In this document: positions 28,036-38,008 of the stretch, piece after piece
How positions within the stretch are numbered: the stretch's first letter is position 1
Layout: each line of letters begins with the position of its first letter
NCBI GenBank assembly: GCA_965219385.1
Contig: CBDCNM010000002.1
Coordinates: forward strand, 2,986,305 to 3,050,304
Direction: 5' to 3'
DNA from: Candidatus Latescibacterota bacterium
GTDB lineage: Bacteria > Latescibacterota > UBA2968 > UBA8231
DNA length: 64,000 nt
The notes under the pieces: model-generated
Seen by the model: the letters and a program-made list of their open reading frames with translations, nothing else
What the model was told of the DNA's origin: nothing
The model's database searches: none
Made by a program: the position numbers and the translations under genes

Positions 28036-29691
28036 TTGGTGAGATCTACAAGCCTTCTCTGCCTGGTGGTGGTATTGGGTGGGGTAGCCGGGATCCGGGC
28101 TGAAATGCAGCGGTGGGTTGCCCGGGATACCGATGAGTTCGAGAGGGCCACCCTGGAGGGGGTTCAGGTGCATCCCGACAGCCTGGTGATCCTGGCTCAA
28201 CTGAGCGGGAAGGAAAACTTGGCTCTCGGGCGTCCGGCCGTGGATGATTTCGACCGGGAGGTGCCGCTGACTGACGGCAGCATTGACGCGCTGGGGAGCG
28301 AATGGAATTCCGCTACCCCCCAGGTCTTCGGGCGCAGCTTTATGGTGGACCTGGGGCTGGACCGGGCGATCCACCGGGTGCGGGTTCTGGCGGGAGAAAC
28401 CGCGGTGTCGAGTCGGCCCGAATACTTTATGCGCGGTTACCGGATTGAAGCCGCCACCCAACTAAAGCCCGATATCTGGCGCATCCTGGCCGAGCAGAGA
28501 GAAAATTTCGTTTTGAACGTGGATACGCAAAAAGACAGCACCTGGTTGAAGGTGGACCCTGATGGAGCGGCGATTCCCTCCATTGGGCGGTTCGTGCGCC
28601 TCACCCTGATCCGCCAGGACCGCAGCAACTGGGTGGTGCTGGGGGAGCTGGAGGTCTTTGGCAGAGGGTACGGCAGCCAGGGCTCGATCGCGGGTGAATT
28701 CGCCGGCCCAGAGCCGGTAAACATCGGGCGGATCCGCTGGCGGAGTGAGACCCCGTCCCAGACCTGGATGCGGATGCAATTCCGTGGTCTGGCCGCGGAT
28801 GAGGCCGGTCCCGAGTGGGATGAACTACCGGTGTACCAGACTGCGGAGGTGCTGTTTCCCGGGGCCGAGCCGGTGGCGCGGTTCCACTACCGGGCCTTGC
28901 TGGAATCCACCGCGCCTTTTGCTACCCCCGCGTTCAGGGCCATCGAGATCGACTACGATCCAGTCCTGGTGGCCCGGGAAGTGCTCGGCTCGGTGGAGGC
29001 CGATGCCGTCGGAATAGGAGAGCGGACAACCCTGAAATACAGGGCCGCCCTCCAGGTAGAGCCGGATGATTACGGCATCGACCTGATCAGTCTGGAGGGC
29101 GCCCGGGTAGAGGTGGAAGAAATCCGGTTCGAGGGGGCCATGGCGTCTTTTGAGGAAGGGTTGGATCCGGAGGGGGGCACCATCATTGAACTCGCCCCGG
29201 CTGACCGGATTGAGGCTTCGGGGGCGTTGGAGATTGCGGGCCGGGCGCTGTTTTTGCAGGACCAGACCGCCCTGGTGCTGCGGGTGGGGAGTCGGGTGCA
29301 GCAAGAGCGGGACGGGTACATCAACTGGCAGAACGCCCGCGAAGACCCGGCCTCGACCTGGACCGTGCGGGCGGGGGGAGCGCTGGGACTGCTGAGCAAG
29401 GTGGAATTCGGTCCGCGACCGTTCTCGCCCCTGGGTGCCGAGCTGGAGTTCCGCTTTGTGGTGGGTCACCTCCGGGACCAGACCGAAGTGGCCGTGCGCA
29501 TCTTTACCATCGAGGGGCGCAGGGTGCGCAAACTAGCTCGGATGGGCGGGACCGGCGAGTACCGCATGGCCTGGGACGGCCGCGACCAGCAGAACCGGAT
29601 AGTGGCGCCGGGACTCTACCTGTTCGAGGTCCGCGTCGAGGCCGGGGATTCTACCAGTAGCCGGCGAGGCGCCTTTGTGGTGGCGTATTAG
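28036..29691 (+). CDS. Secreted discoidin/F5-8-like protein with C-terminal FlgD-Ig (T9SS-CTD-like) domain
   Basis: NLALGRP...VDLG...RFVRL...LGELEVFG; C-terminus PRPFSP...VRIFTIEGRRVRKL...WDGRDQQNRIVAPGLY. Confidence 0.75.
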   Translation: MVRSTSLLCLVVVLGGVAGIRAEMQRWVARDTDEFERATLEGVQVHPDSLVILAQLSGKENLALGRPAVDDFDREVPLTDGSIDALGSEWNSATPQVFGRSFMVDLGLDRAIHRVRVLAGETAVSSRPEYFMRGYRIEAATQLKPDIWRILAEQRENFVLNVDTQKDSTWLKVDPDGAAIPSIGRFVRLTLIRQDRSNWVVLGELEVFGRGYGSQGSIAGEFAGPEPVNIGRIRWRSETPSQTWMRMQFRGLAADEAGPEWDELPVYQTAEVLFPGAEPVARFHYRALLESTAPFATPAFRAIEIDYDPVLVAREVLGSVEADAVGIGERTTLKYRAALQVEPDDYGIDLISLEGARVEVEEIRFEGAMASFEEGLDPEGGTIIELAPADRIEASGALEIAGRALFLQDQTALVLRVGSRVQQERDGYINWQNAREDPASTWTVRAGGALGLLSKVEFGPRPFSPLGAELEFRFVVGHLRDQTEVAVRIFTIEGRRVRKLARMGGTGEYRMAWDGRDQQNRIVAPGLYLFEVRVEAGDSTSSRRGAFVVAY

Positions 29692-29712
29692 CGCCTTTGT
29701 GGTGGCGTATTA
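29669..29712. repeat. Perfect 22-bp tandem duplication at a gene junction
   Basis: GCGCCTTTGTGGTGGCGTATTA at 29669-29690 and 29691-29712. Confidence 0.95.
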
Positions 29713-30572
29713 AAGGAGTATTGCTGAGTGGAGTGGGGGTGTTCTGCTGGCTCTTGCCGGTACAGGCGGCCTTCGAGGTTACCGGCGAAGGGGCTCGTTC
29801 GACCGCTCTGGCAGGGGCCTTTACCGCAATCGGTGGGGATCCCGAAGCGGTCTGGTTCAATCCGGCCGGCAGCGCCCGGGTGCAAAAGAAAGGGGTCGGC
29901 ACCACCCATGCCTTGCTCTATCCCGGGCTGGACGAGAGTCCGACCCTGAACGCCCTGGCCGCGAATTTCCCGCTGCGCGGAGGGGGCGCCCAGGTGGGGC
30001 TCTCGGTCCTGGGCTTTGAGGATTGGAGCGAACAGGTGCTGGTCGCCGGGTACGGTCGGCCCCTGCACCCGCGGGTATCCGTGGGCGTCAGCATCGCCAG
30101 CAGGGGCTGGCAGGTAGGTCGTCTGTCCCGTCGTACCTTGGGGCTGGACCTGGGCGGGGTCTACGAGGTAGGCTGGGTGCTGCCCCGGGCCTATATGAGG
30201 TTGGCGCTGGTACTGAAAAGTCTCAACCGGCCCAATGTTTCGGCGGCCGGGCATGGGGCCGGCAGGACCCTGGTGGGAGTTGTGGTGGGGGCTTCGATCG
30301 AGGATGCGCACCAGAGGATCCTGGTGGATCTGGAGCGCGACGGGGCTTACACCCGGATCCGGGTCGGCTACGAAAACCGGCCGGCCGGCTGGGGCGGCAC
30401 CAGGTTTCGCCTGGGCGCGGACGCTCTGTTCGCTCCCTGGGAGAACCGCGAAATGGATGTGGGATTGGGACACAACTGGCGGCAGTGGCACTTTGATTAC
30501 GCCTATTCCTATCCTCTGAGACTCGAGGGCCTGGGAGGGATCCACCGGGTGAGTATCAGATGGATGCAGTAG
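29697..30572 (+). CDS. PorV/PorQ (FadL-like) outer-membrane barrel
   Basis: GEGARSTALAGAFTAIGGDPEAVWFNPAG N-terminal motif; LGLDLG; FDYAY...LGGIHRVSI. Confidence 0.7.
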   Translation: MWWRIKGVLLSGVGVFCWLLPVQAAFEVTGEGARSTALAGAFTAIGGDPEAVWFNPAGSARVQKKGVGTTHALLYPGLDESPTLNALAANFPLRGGGAQVGLSVLGFEDWSEQVLVAGYGRPLHPRVSVGVSIASRGWQVGRLSRRTLGLDLGGVYEVGWVLPRAYMRLALVLKSLNRPNVSAAGHGAGRTLVGVVVGASIEDAHQRILVDLERDGAYTRIRVGYENRPAGWGGTRFRLGADALFAPWENREMDVGLGHNWRQWHFDYAYSYPLRLEGLGGIHRVSIRWMQ

Positions 30573-33500
30573 TGAATGAGGTTTTAACGAGGATGAGCGC
30601 AATGAGTGGAAAAATCCGCGGTAGGAACGCATTGCTGGTTTTGCTGCTGGGTCTGCTGGTCTGGGGAGGGAGCGGGGTGGATATTCAGGCGCAGACGCAG
30701 CTGAAAAACCGGGACTTTTTGCACCTCGGCGATCCCGAGCCCTATCTGAACTACGGTCGCACCATGTACGATGCCTATCCCGATGTCCTGACCTCGCGCA
30801 ATCAGTACGATCGCCTGGGCAATTTCCTGATGCGGGGATACAACATGTTCAGGCTCGACGATGTGCGTCCGGGCTTCAGCGAGATCTCGCGCCACCGGCT
30901 TTACACCCAGTGGTTCAACTCCATGATCATCACCACCGATACCTACCGCGGGTGGAACTACTCCCTGACCGTGGGGGATGAGATCCGCACCAAGCTCTCG
31001 GATATGACCGTGAAGCATCCGCGCTGGGACGGCATCCGCTTCGACGGGGCTGCTTCCGACAATCAATTCACCTTCATGTTTACCCGGGGCGAACAGACCG
31101 CTTCGCTCCCGAAGTTCTCTACTTTTGAATCGGGCCGGGAGCGGTCTTCGGTCGTCGCCTTTGGAGGACACTGGCAGACCGAGCTGGGGGATATCCTGGA
31201 GCTGGGAGCGACCTATTACAACCAGCACATGGCGGACAGCTTCAACCCGGACGGCTCCTTTCTGCGGGGGGATACCCCCTATTCCATCCTGCCGCCCACC
31301 TTCATCACCGTGGCCATTGAGGACGACTCTCCCGAGGAGCAGACCCAGGGCGCCCGGGTCTATCGGGTGGACATGTTTGTGGTGGGCGAGTCCCTGGGTC
31401 AGGAGGTGCGTTTTACCACGGTGCAGGGCGTCGAGGGCTATGAGTTCCGTCCCGATCTGAAGCAGCCGGCTGTGGGCGGGCGCCGGATCCCGGGCGAGGA
31501 CGGGTGGCAGGTCGCCGGCGACGATAGGGTCCTCTTCGAGTTCCAGATGCCCGAATACGTCCTGCCCGGGGCCGAAGACTACGCTGCAAACCCGGATGTG
31601 CCCCTGCAGGGCATCACCATAAAATCCGTGCGCTTCCAGGCCGAGGTGGAGGGGGATTACCGCATCGGGGTGCGCCAGAAGCATCTGTTCTTCGACGAGA
31701 AGGAATACCTGAAGAACATCGATAAGGGCTACAGTCCCAGCGCGGATACCGAACGAGCCAGAGAGCGCTACGTAAATCCCTTCACCGGCCTCAAAGGCGG
31801 CGACGGCGGCGACGACGAGGAGGACGATGATGCGGCCCTGCTGACCCCGGTCGAAGCCGCGGCGGCCGGGTACGATGTGTTCCGGAAGTGGCCGGTGCCC
31901 CCGGACCCGGCGGTCAACCCCTTCCAGCTCTACAAGTGGGACCAAGCCCCCGAAAACATATTCTACACCGTCAAACGTGCCAATGGCAAGAACCAGAGCC
32001 GGGGGGTGGTGGAATTTGACTACGGCATCCCCACCGGACAGTCTATATACGGGCTGGACTGGAAGCTCAAGCTCAAGGACATGACCGTAAAGGGCGCGTT
32101 TGTCACCAACCCGCAGCACTTCATTTTCCCGGCGGGGCGCAATGCTGGAGAGCGCTCTGCAAAACGCACCTGGGCTTATTACCTCACGGTCGACCGGCAA
32201 CTGGGACTCTCGATGCAGGTGGGGGGCGAATTCTTCGACTTCGATCCGGATTTCAGCGGTAATTACGACAGCCGGCGGGGAGGCGTCCCCTTCTTCACCG
32301 ACCGGGCGCGCAGCGGCGGCAATGTGTCGGTAATGGAGGAATTCCGCCTCATGGCGGACAACGACGACAACGACCAGTTTCCCGATGATAGTCTGCCGGA
32401 AAATCCCAGCTCGTTTCTAACGGATTCGGGCATTTATCCCGGACTGGACGAGAACGGGGACCTGGTGCCGGACAGCGACCAGAACTTCAACGGTATTCCC
32501 GACTGGACGGAACCCCTTCTGTTCTACGACGCCGATCCCCCGGAATTCGTCTACGGCATTGACCTGAACAACAACGGGGTGGTGGACTACCGCGAGAACG
32601 ACGATCATCCCGATTATCCCTACCGCCGGGACCGCCGGGGCGTGAATCTCTTCGTCACCAGGGACGGTCTGGGTGGTCTGGGCAAATGGGTCTCGCTGGG
32701 AGGCTACCGGATAAAGGAAAACGCCGGGGGCAACAAGGCCAGGGCCCTGTACCTGCGCTGGGAGTACTACAAGGCCTCGCCGATCTTCGGCGCCATTCGC
32801 ATCAACGACGACATCAAGCTGGTTGAGGACGAGATCCGCGACGATGTCTACATCTGGAAAGATTATCCCAATGACCTCAGGGTGCCCCATCCGAGCATCG
32901 AGGGCGAGGATATCCGCAAGATCGACCTGAACAGCCAGCTCTTTGCCCCCCCTCCGGATCCGCTGCTGATGAAGAACAGCCTAGTCAACACCCTGTTCCT
33001 GGAATCGCGCTTCAGCCAGATCCTCGACTTCAACATCGTCAACAACGTGCAGTACATCCGCAACAGCCAGCGCCAGGACGAGTTCGACGACGGCAGCATG
33101 CAGGAGAGCGATGTGCGCACCATCTGGACCCTGGTCAACAAGGTGGATTATACCCTGCGCCTGGGTGATTCGTTCAAGATCCGGCCCATGTTCAAGCACC
33201 TGCTCTTCCGCGAGACATCGGACAATCACGAAAAGGCGATCAAGGAAGCCACGGGGGAGAAAAAGGCCATCCGCTCCACCTCGGTCTACACCCCGATCCT
33301 GCGCACCGACTACCACTTTACCCCCAAGTTCTTCATCCAACTGGGTTTCCAGGGGTTTCCCTTCTGGCGCTATCGCTTTAAAGACCGGGTGGACGAAATC
33401 AATGATTTCAAACAGTGGGACCTAGTGGTGATGATGACCAACCGATCCGACTACTGGGGCTACAGCATTGCCAGCCAGTTCGGGTACGCGCGCACCAACC

Positions 33501-33580
33501 GGAAATTCGACGACGAGGCCCAGGGGGCGCTCAGCGAACGCAATTCGCGCATCTTCTTTGACCTGGTAGGCGGGTATTGA
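30560..33580 (+). CDS. Large exported protein, predicted outer-membrane beta-barrel with acidic Ca-binding-like repeats (paralog B)
   Basis: Collinear motifs with paralog A; ends RIFFDLVGGY. True start probably 30593 or 30602. Confidence 0.65.
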   Translation: MDAVVNEVLTRMSAMSGKIRGRNALLVLLLGLLVWGGSGVDIQAQTQLKNRDFLHLGDPEPYLNYGRTMYDAYPDVLTSRNQYDRLGNFLMRGYNMFRLDDVRPGFSEISRHRLYTQWFNSMIITTDTYRGWNYSLTVGDEIRTKLSDMTVKHPRWDGIRFDGAASDNQFTFMFTRGEQTASLPKFSTFESGRERSSVVAFGGHWQTELGDILELGATYYNQHMADSFNPDGSFLRGDTPYSILPPTFITVAIEDDSPEEQTQGARVYRVDMFVVGESLGQEVRFTTVQGVEGYEFRPDLKQPAVGGRRIPGEDGWQVAGDDRVLFEFQMPEYVLPGAEDYAANPDVPLQGITIKSVRFQAEVEGDYRIGVRQKHLFFDEKEYLKNIDKGYSPSADTERARERYVNPFTGLKGGDGGDDEEDDDAALLTPVEAAAAGYDVFRKWPVPPDPAVNPFQLYKWDQAPENIFYTVKRANGKNQSRGVVEFDYGIPTGQSIYGLDWKLKLKDMTVKGAFVTNPQHFIFPAGRNAGERSAKRTWAYYLTVDRQLGLSMQVGGEFFDFDPDFSGNYDSRRGGVPFFTDRARSGGNVSVMEEFRLMADNDDNDQFPDDSLPENPSSFLTDSGIYPGLDENGDLVPDSDQNFNGIPDWTEPLLFYDADPPEFVYGIDLNNNGVVDYRENDDHPDYPYRRDRRGVNLFVTRDGLGGLGKWVSLGGYRIKENAGGNKARALYLRWEYYKASPIFGAIRINDDIKLVEDEIRDDVYIWKDYPNDLRVPHPSIEGEDIRKIDLNSQLFAPPPDPLLMKNSLVNTLFLESRFSQILDFNIVNNVQYIRNSQRQDEFDDGSMQESDVRTIWTLVNKVDYTLRLGDSFKIRPMFKHLLFRETSDNHEKAIKEATGEKKAIRSTSVYTPILRTDYHFTPKFFIQLGFQGFPFWRYRFKDRVDEINDFKQWDLVVMMTNRSDYWGYSIASQFGYARTNRKFDDEAQGALSERNSRIFFDLVGGY

Positions 33581-33590
33581 GAGCATACTT

Positions 33591-36500
33591 ATGGCACTGA
33601 TAAACATCTTGCTGATTGCAGTAGTGGCCGGGACCGTGGGCCTGAGTACGCGGTTCTTTTCGCCGCAGGAATTGCAGGACCGCTTCGAACAGGGCCAGAA
33701 GCTCTACGCCCTGGGAGACTACGAGAAGGCGATTCCCCATTTCGAGGCCATCCTCTTCACTCAGAGCAATGCCACCATAAACGTGGACCAGGTGACGGTG
33801 ACGGTCGACGAGTTCATTTTGCCGGTGCGGGTGGCGGGCACCTACCAGCTGGCCAATACCTTCAACAAGCTGGGGCTCGAAAAGCTGAAGCGCTCCCAGT
33901 TCCTGCGCGTGGAAAAAAACGAACTCGAAGCCCAGATCCGCTACGATGAGGCCCTGAAAGACCTCAACACCAGCCTGGAGTACTTCGGCCGGATCATCGC
34001 CGATGGGCACATCGACGTGCGCACCCGCGCCATGGCCCAGTACCAGATGGTCCAGACCAATTATCAGCTGAAAAGGTATGAACAGGCCATCCAGGAAGCC
34101 CAAAAACTGATTGACGAATACCCCAACAGCGTGTACGAAACAGCGGCCTACTACGATATTGCCTGGTCGCATTTCGAGCTAGAGCAGTACCGGCCGGCCA
34201 TAAAGAACTTCAGGGAGGTCCTGATTTTATCGCCCACGGGCTCGCGTTCGGATCGGGCGCTGCTGCAGATCGGGGATTGCTATGACCGCCTGGGCGAGTA
34301 CGACGAGGCCCTGGACTATTTGGGACGTCTGATCAGGCGCTACGATTTCTCGCGGATGAGCCAGCAGGAAATCATCGAGATGACCACCCTCAAACTCAAG
34401 GGGATCGTCAAGGAGACGACCCGTGAGCTGGTGGCCAAGGCCCAGCTCAAACGCGGGGATATTTACGGCCATCAGGGGGAAGTAGATAAAGCCCTGGAAG
34501 TCTACGCAGTCGTGCCGCGCGACTACGGCGCCGAGACCCGGCTGGTGCAGGATTCCTACCTGCGCGCCGCCGAACTGGTGCACCAGCACCGCGGCGCCAT
34601 CCCGGCGGTAAACGCCTACAAGTACGCCATCGAGCACGTCGAGGACAAGAAATTCCAGGCCAGGACCCAGCTGCAGGTAGCCCGGCTGCTGTTCGAAGAA
34701 AAGGAGTTCGAAAAGGCCGCCGAGGAGTACGATATCTACATCAGGGCCTACGCGGATATCGCCGAGCGGGTGGGGTTCAGTCTGGACAAGGCGGTCTTCC
34801 GCATGGCCCAGTCCCACCAGGCGCACGGGGAGAAAGTGCGGCGGAGCGATCCCGAGGAAGCCTCGGCCGCGCTCGAACGGGCCATCGCGCTTTATCGCCA
34901 GATGCAGGAGGAGTACGGCGACAGCGACCTCATCCCGGAGATCCTGTTCGGCCTGGGTTTTTCCCACCAACTCCAGGGAGAGCGGGCTCCGGCCAGGGCC
35001 GCGTACCAGGACCTGATCGAAAAATACCCCCAACACGCCGCCGCGCCCAACGCCCTGCTGCAGCTGGCGCGGATCCAGTACGAGGAGGATGAACGCGAAG
35101 CCGCCGCCGCTTCTTATCGAAAGCTGCTGGAGGACTACCCCGAATCTCCGCTACGCAATACCGCCAACATGGAACTGGGCATCACCGACAAAAGAATGGG
35201 GAATATCCAGGGGGCGATTGCCGCGTTCGAAGCCGTAGAGCAGGGCTGGAGCCAGTGGGCCAAGGTCCAGCTGGAGCTGGCCGAACTCTACGCCAGACAG
35301 CAAAACTACCAACGGGCCGAAGTGGTCTTGCGCCGGAGCCTGGGCGAAATCCAGGACGATCAACTCCTGGGTCAGCTGCACTACATAAAGGGCAAGGCCC
35401 ACTTTGCCCAGATGGAGTACGAGGAGGCGGTCGCCGAACTGGACAAGTCCCTGCAAGGCGCCGCGGATCCGAAGGTGGTCGAGAGCGCTCTCCTGACCCG
35501 GGGCGCCTCCCATTACGAAATTGCCCGGCAAATGGATGCGGCCGGCGATTCCACCCTGGCCCAGTCCAGGTACGAGGCCTCTCTGGCGGATTTGAAGAAG
35601 CTCCTCGAAGGGGATCCCCCGCCCCATATAAAGGACAGTGCCTTCCGCACCCTGGGCGCCAGCATGATCCGCCTGGGGCGCGAGCAGGAGGCGGCACAGT
35701 ACTACGAGGAGGTCATCGCCGCCTCCACCGACGCCCAGGAGCGCGCCACCTTTCAGATGCTGCTGACCGAATTGTATTTTGACATGGAAGATTTCCCCCA
35801 GGCCCTGGACCACGCCCGCGCCTTGCTCGAAATGGAGTTCGAAGACGACAACAAGGCCGGGTACTTCCGCCAGGAGCGCGCCTATGCCATCATCGGCAAT
35901 GTGCTCTTGCAGCAGAAGAGATACCAGGAGGCCGCAAAGGTCTTTGCAACCGGGCTTGCCAACTATCCCCAGTCCGGGGAGAGCGCCAATCTTTCTTTCT
36001 CCAAGGCCCTGGCTCAGTTCAGCGCTGGGGAGTACCAAGCTGCGGTCTCGAGCTTCAAAGCCTACATAAAGGGGTTTCCCGGGTACCGCAATCGCATCCA
36101 CGCGCACTATTACCTGGCCCATGCTCTCCAGGCCATGACCCAATTCGAACCGGCGGCCACGGCCTTTGAGAAACTGGCCGGGCGCTATCCCAATTCTACC
36201 TACGAGGAAGAAGCCCTGTTTCTGGTGGGCGAAAACTACTACAACGAACGCATCTTCGATCTGGCCGCTGAAGCATACGGGGAATTGTTGGAGCACTACC
36301 CCTCCGGCAAGTACAACGACGTGGCGCAGTACGCCCTGGCCTGGTCCCATTTCGAGCAGGAGAATATGGAGGAGGGGGTCGAGGCCATGAAGGTACTGGT
36401 TGCCCGCTATCCACGCAGCGAGTTCGCCTCCAAGGCGCAGTTCACGGTCGGGGACTACTACTACAATATCCGTGCCTACGAACAGGCCCTGGAGGCCTAC

Positions 36501-36863
36501 AAACGGGTGCTGGAGGAGTACCCCGACTCCGGCGAAGCGTCCAAGGCCGGGAGCCTGGTAGACGAGTTGAGCGAGATACAGGCCAGTTTCGAGTACGCCG
36601 AGGTGATGAAGCTCTTCGACAACGCTCAGTACGAGGAGGCCGCGGCCGGCTTCAAGCGACTTGTGGAGAAGTACCCGGGCACCTATACTGAGATGGCGGC
36701 TTATTGCAACCTGGGCATGGCCTACGAGAACTTGCGCCAGTGGTCGCAGGCCGTCGAGTACTATGAAAAGGCCCTGGAACAGGCGGGCGACAATCCGGAA
36801 CACTACGATGTGGTGGGTTTTTCCCGCCAGCACCGGGATTGGATCGTGGAGAACAGGTTGTAG
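33591..36863 (+). CDS. 1090-aa membrane-anchored TPR protein (BamD/YfiO/CpoB-like repeats)
   Basis: N-terminal hydrophobic helix; many 'L...YP.S....A' TPR units. Confidence 0.85.
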   Translation: MALINILLIAVVAGTVGLSTRFFSPQELQDRFEQGQKLYALGDYEKAIPHFEAILFTQSNATINVDQVTVTVDEFILPVRVAGTYQLANTFNKLGLEKLKRSQFLRVEKNELEAQIRYDEALKDLNTSLEYFGRIIADGHIDVRTRAMAQYQMVQTNYQLKRYEQAIQEAQKLIDEYPNSVYETAAYYDIAWSHFELEQYRPAIKNFREVLILSPTGSRSDRALLQIGDCYDRLGEYDEALDYLGRLIRRYDFSRMSQQEIIEMTTLKLKGIVKETTRELVAKAQLKRGDIYGHQGEVDKALEVYAVVPRDYGAETRLVQDSYLRAAELVHQHRGAIPAVNAYKYAIEHVEDKKFQARTQLQVARLLFEEKEFEKAAEEYDIYIRAYADIAERVGFSLDKAVFRMAQSHQAHGEKVRRSDPEEASAALERAIALYRQMQEEYGDSDLIPEILFGLGFSHQLQGERAPARAAYQDLIEKYPQHAAAPNALLQLARIQYEEDEREAAAASYRKLLEDYPESPLRNTANMELGITDKRMGNIQGAIAAFEAVEQGWSQWAKVQLELAELYARQQNYQRAEVVLRRSLGEIQDDQLLGQLHYIKGKAHFAQMEYEEAVAELDKSLQGAADPKVVESALLTRGASHYEIARQMDAAGDSTLAQSRYEASLADLKKLLEGDPPPHIKDSAFRTLGASMIRLGREQEAAQYYEEVIAASTDAQERATFQMLLTELYFDMEDFPQALDHARALLEMEFEDDNKAGYFRQERAYAIIGNVLLQQKRYQEAAKVFATGLANYPQSGESANLSFSKALAQFSAGEYQAAVSSFKAYIKGFPGYRNRIHAHYYLAHALQAMTQFEPAATAFEKLAGRYPNSTYEEEALFLVGENYYNERIFDLAAEAYGELLEHYPSGKYNDVAQYALAWSHFEQENMEEGVEAMKVLVARYPRSEFASKAQFTVGDYYYNIRAYEQALEAYKRVLEEYPDSGEASKAGSLVDELSEIQASFEYAEVMKLFDNAQYEEAAAGFKRLVEKYPGTYTEMAAYCNLGMAYENLRQWSQAVEYYEKALEQAGDNPEHYDVVGFSRQHRDWIVENRL

Positions 36864-36910
36864 AACCATGAGATGAGTACCTGTAGATAGTTTAATCGGG
36901 AGGTATAGCA

Positions 36911-37576
36911 ATGGAGCAAAACTTTCTGTTAGCACAGTTCGCCAAAGGCGGCTGGATGATGTGGCCTTTGTTCGCCTGTTCGCTGTTGGCGCTGGCCTTC
37001 ATCGTGGATCGGTTGTGGGGGCTGTACCGGGTGCCCAGCGAGCAGGGGGCGGAGCAGGATCTGGAGGCGGCCGAGGAGGTGTTGAAAGATCAGGGCGAGG
37101 AAGGGGCCGTGGGCCATTTCCAGCAGAATCGGGGCGTGATGGACTTCATCTTTGCCGCTTTGCTGAAGCGCTACGACACCTTGATCCTCGAAAACCGCAA
37201 GGATGTCGAGGATATGCGGCAGGAGTTGATCATTGCCACGGACGAGGCCGCCGTGGCCTATCTGGGCCGTTCCCTCAATGCCCTGGGCACCATCGGGGTG
37301 GTCGCGCCCCTCTTGGGGCTGCTGGGCACCATCACCGGCATGATTCGCGCCTTTGACGCCATTGCCCGCGCCGGAGTGGGGGATCCCGGGGCCGTGGCCG
37401 GGGGCATTTCCGAAGCCCTCATCACCACGGCCAGCGGACTCATCATCGCCATCCCGACCATCGTCCTGCACCGCTACCTGACCGGTCGGGCGGACAAGGT
37501 CTTCAAGCGCATAGAACTCTACTGTCATGCTTTTGCCAACACCCTGCTGACGCGGTTCCAGGAGCAGGAGGGCTAG
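36911..37576 (+). CDS. exbB: MotA/TolQ/ExbB proton channel
   Basis: APLLGLLGTITGMIRAF, VAGGISEALITTASGLIIAIP; AGGAGG-like RBS. Confidence 0.92.
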   Translation: MEQNFLLAQFAKGGWMMWPLFACSLLALAFIVDRLWGLYRVPSEQGAEQDLEAAEEVLKDQGEEGAVGHFQQNRGVMDFIFAALLKRYDTLILENRKDVEDMRQELIIATDEAAVAYLGRSLNALGTIGVVAPLLGLLGTITGMIRAFDAIARAGVGDPGAVAGGISEALITTASGLIIAIPTIVLHRYLTGRADKVFKRIELYCHAFANTLLTRFQEQEG

Positions 37577-37585
37577 GAAGAGTCC

Positions 37586-38002
37586 ATGGCACCCAGAAGG
37601 CGCCCCCCCACTGGTTCGCGTTTTACCGCCAGTACCGATCCGGACCTGACGCCGCTGACGGATTGCGTATTCCTCTTGCTGATCTTCTTCATGGTGGCCA
37701 CCACCTTCATCACCACCAAGGGCATCAGCGTGGACCTGCCCACTGGCAAGAGCGAATCCAGGCCGACCAAGGACGTGAACATCGTAATCGACCGGGACGG
37801 CGTGGTCCAGATCAACGGCGAGGTTACTCAGGCGGCGGATCTGGCCGACAAGATCCGCCTGGAAATGGAGGCCAACAGTACCCGCAACGCCATCCTGGAA
37901 GCAGACCGCGCGGTGTTGCACAAGCAGATCGTCAAGATCATGGATATCGCCCGCGGCGAGGGTATTGAAAGCATTGCTTTTGCCAAGTCGGAGCGAGGAT
38001 GA
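37586..38002 (+). CDS. exbD: ExbD/TolR protein
   Basis: DLTPLTDCVFLLLIFFMV with the conserved TM Asp. Confidence 0.92.
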   Translation: MAPRRRPPTGSRFTASTDPDLTPLTDCVFLLLIFFMVATTFITTKGISVDLPTGKSESRPTKDVNIVIDRDGVVQINGEVTQAADLADKIRLEMEANSTRNAILEADRAVLHKQIVKIMDIARGEGIESIAFAKSERG

Positions 38003-38008
38003 ACCTCT

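Noticed and set aside
23630..33580. SusC/TonB-dependent receptor, BamA, LptD or SprA labels for the two large proteins
   Set aside because: No plug, POTRA or other family motifs that I recognise, and they are much shorter than SprA; left unassigned.
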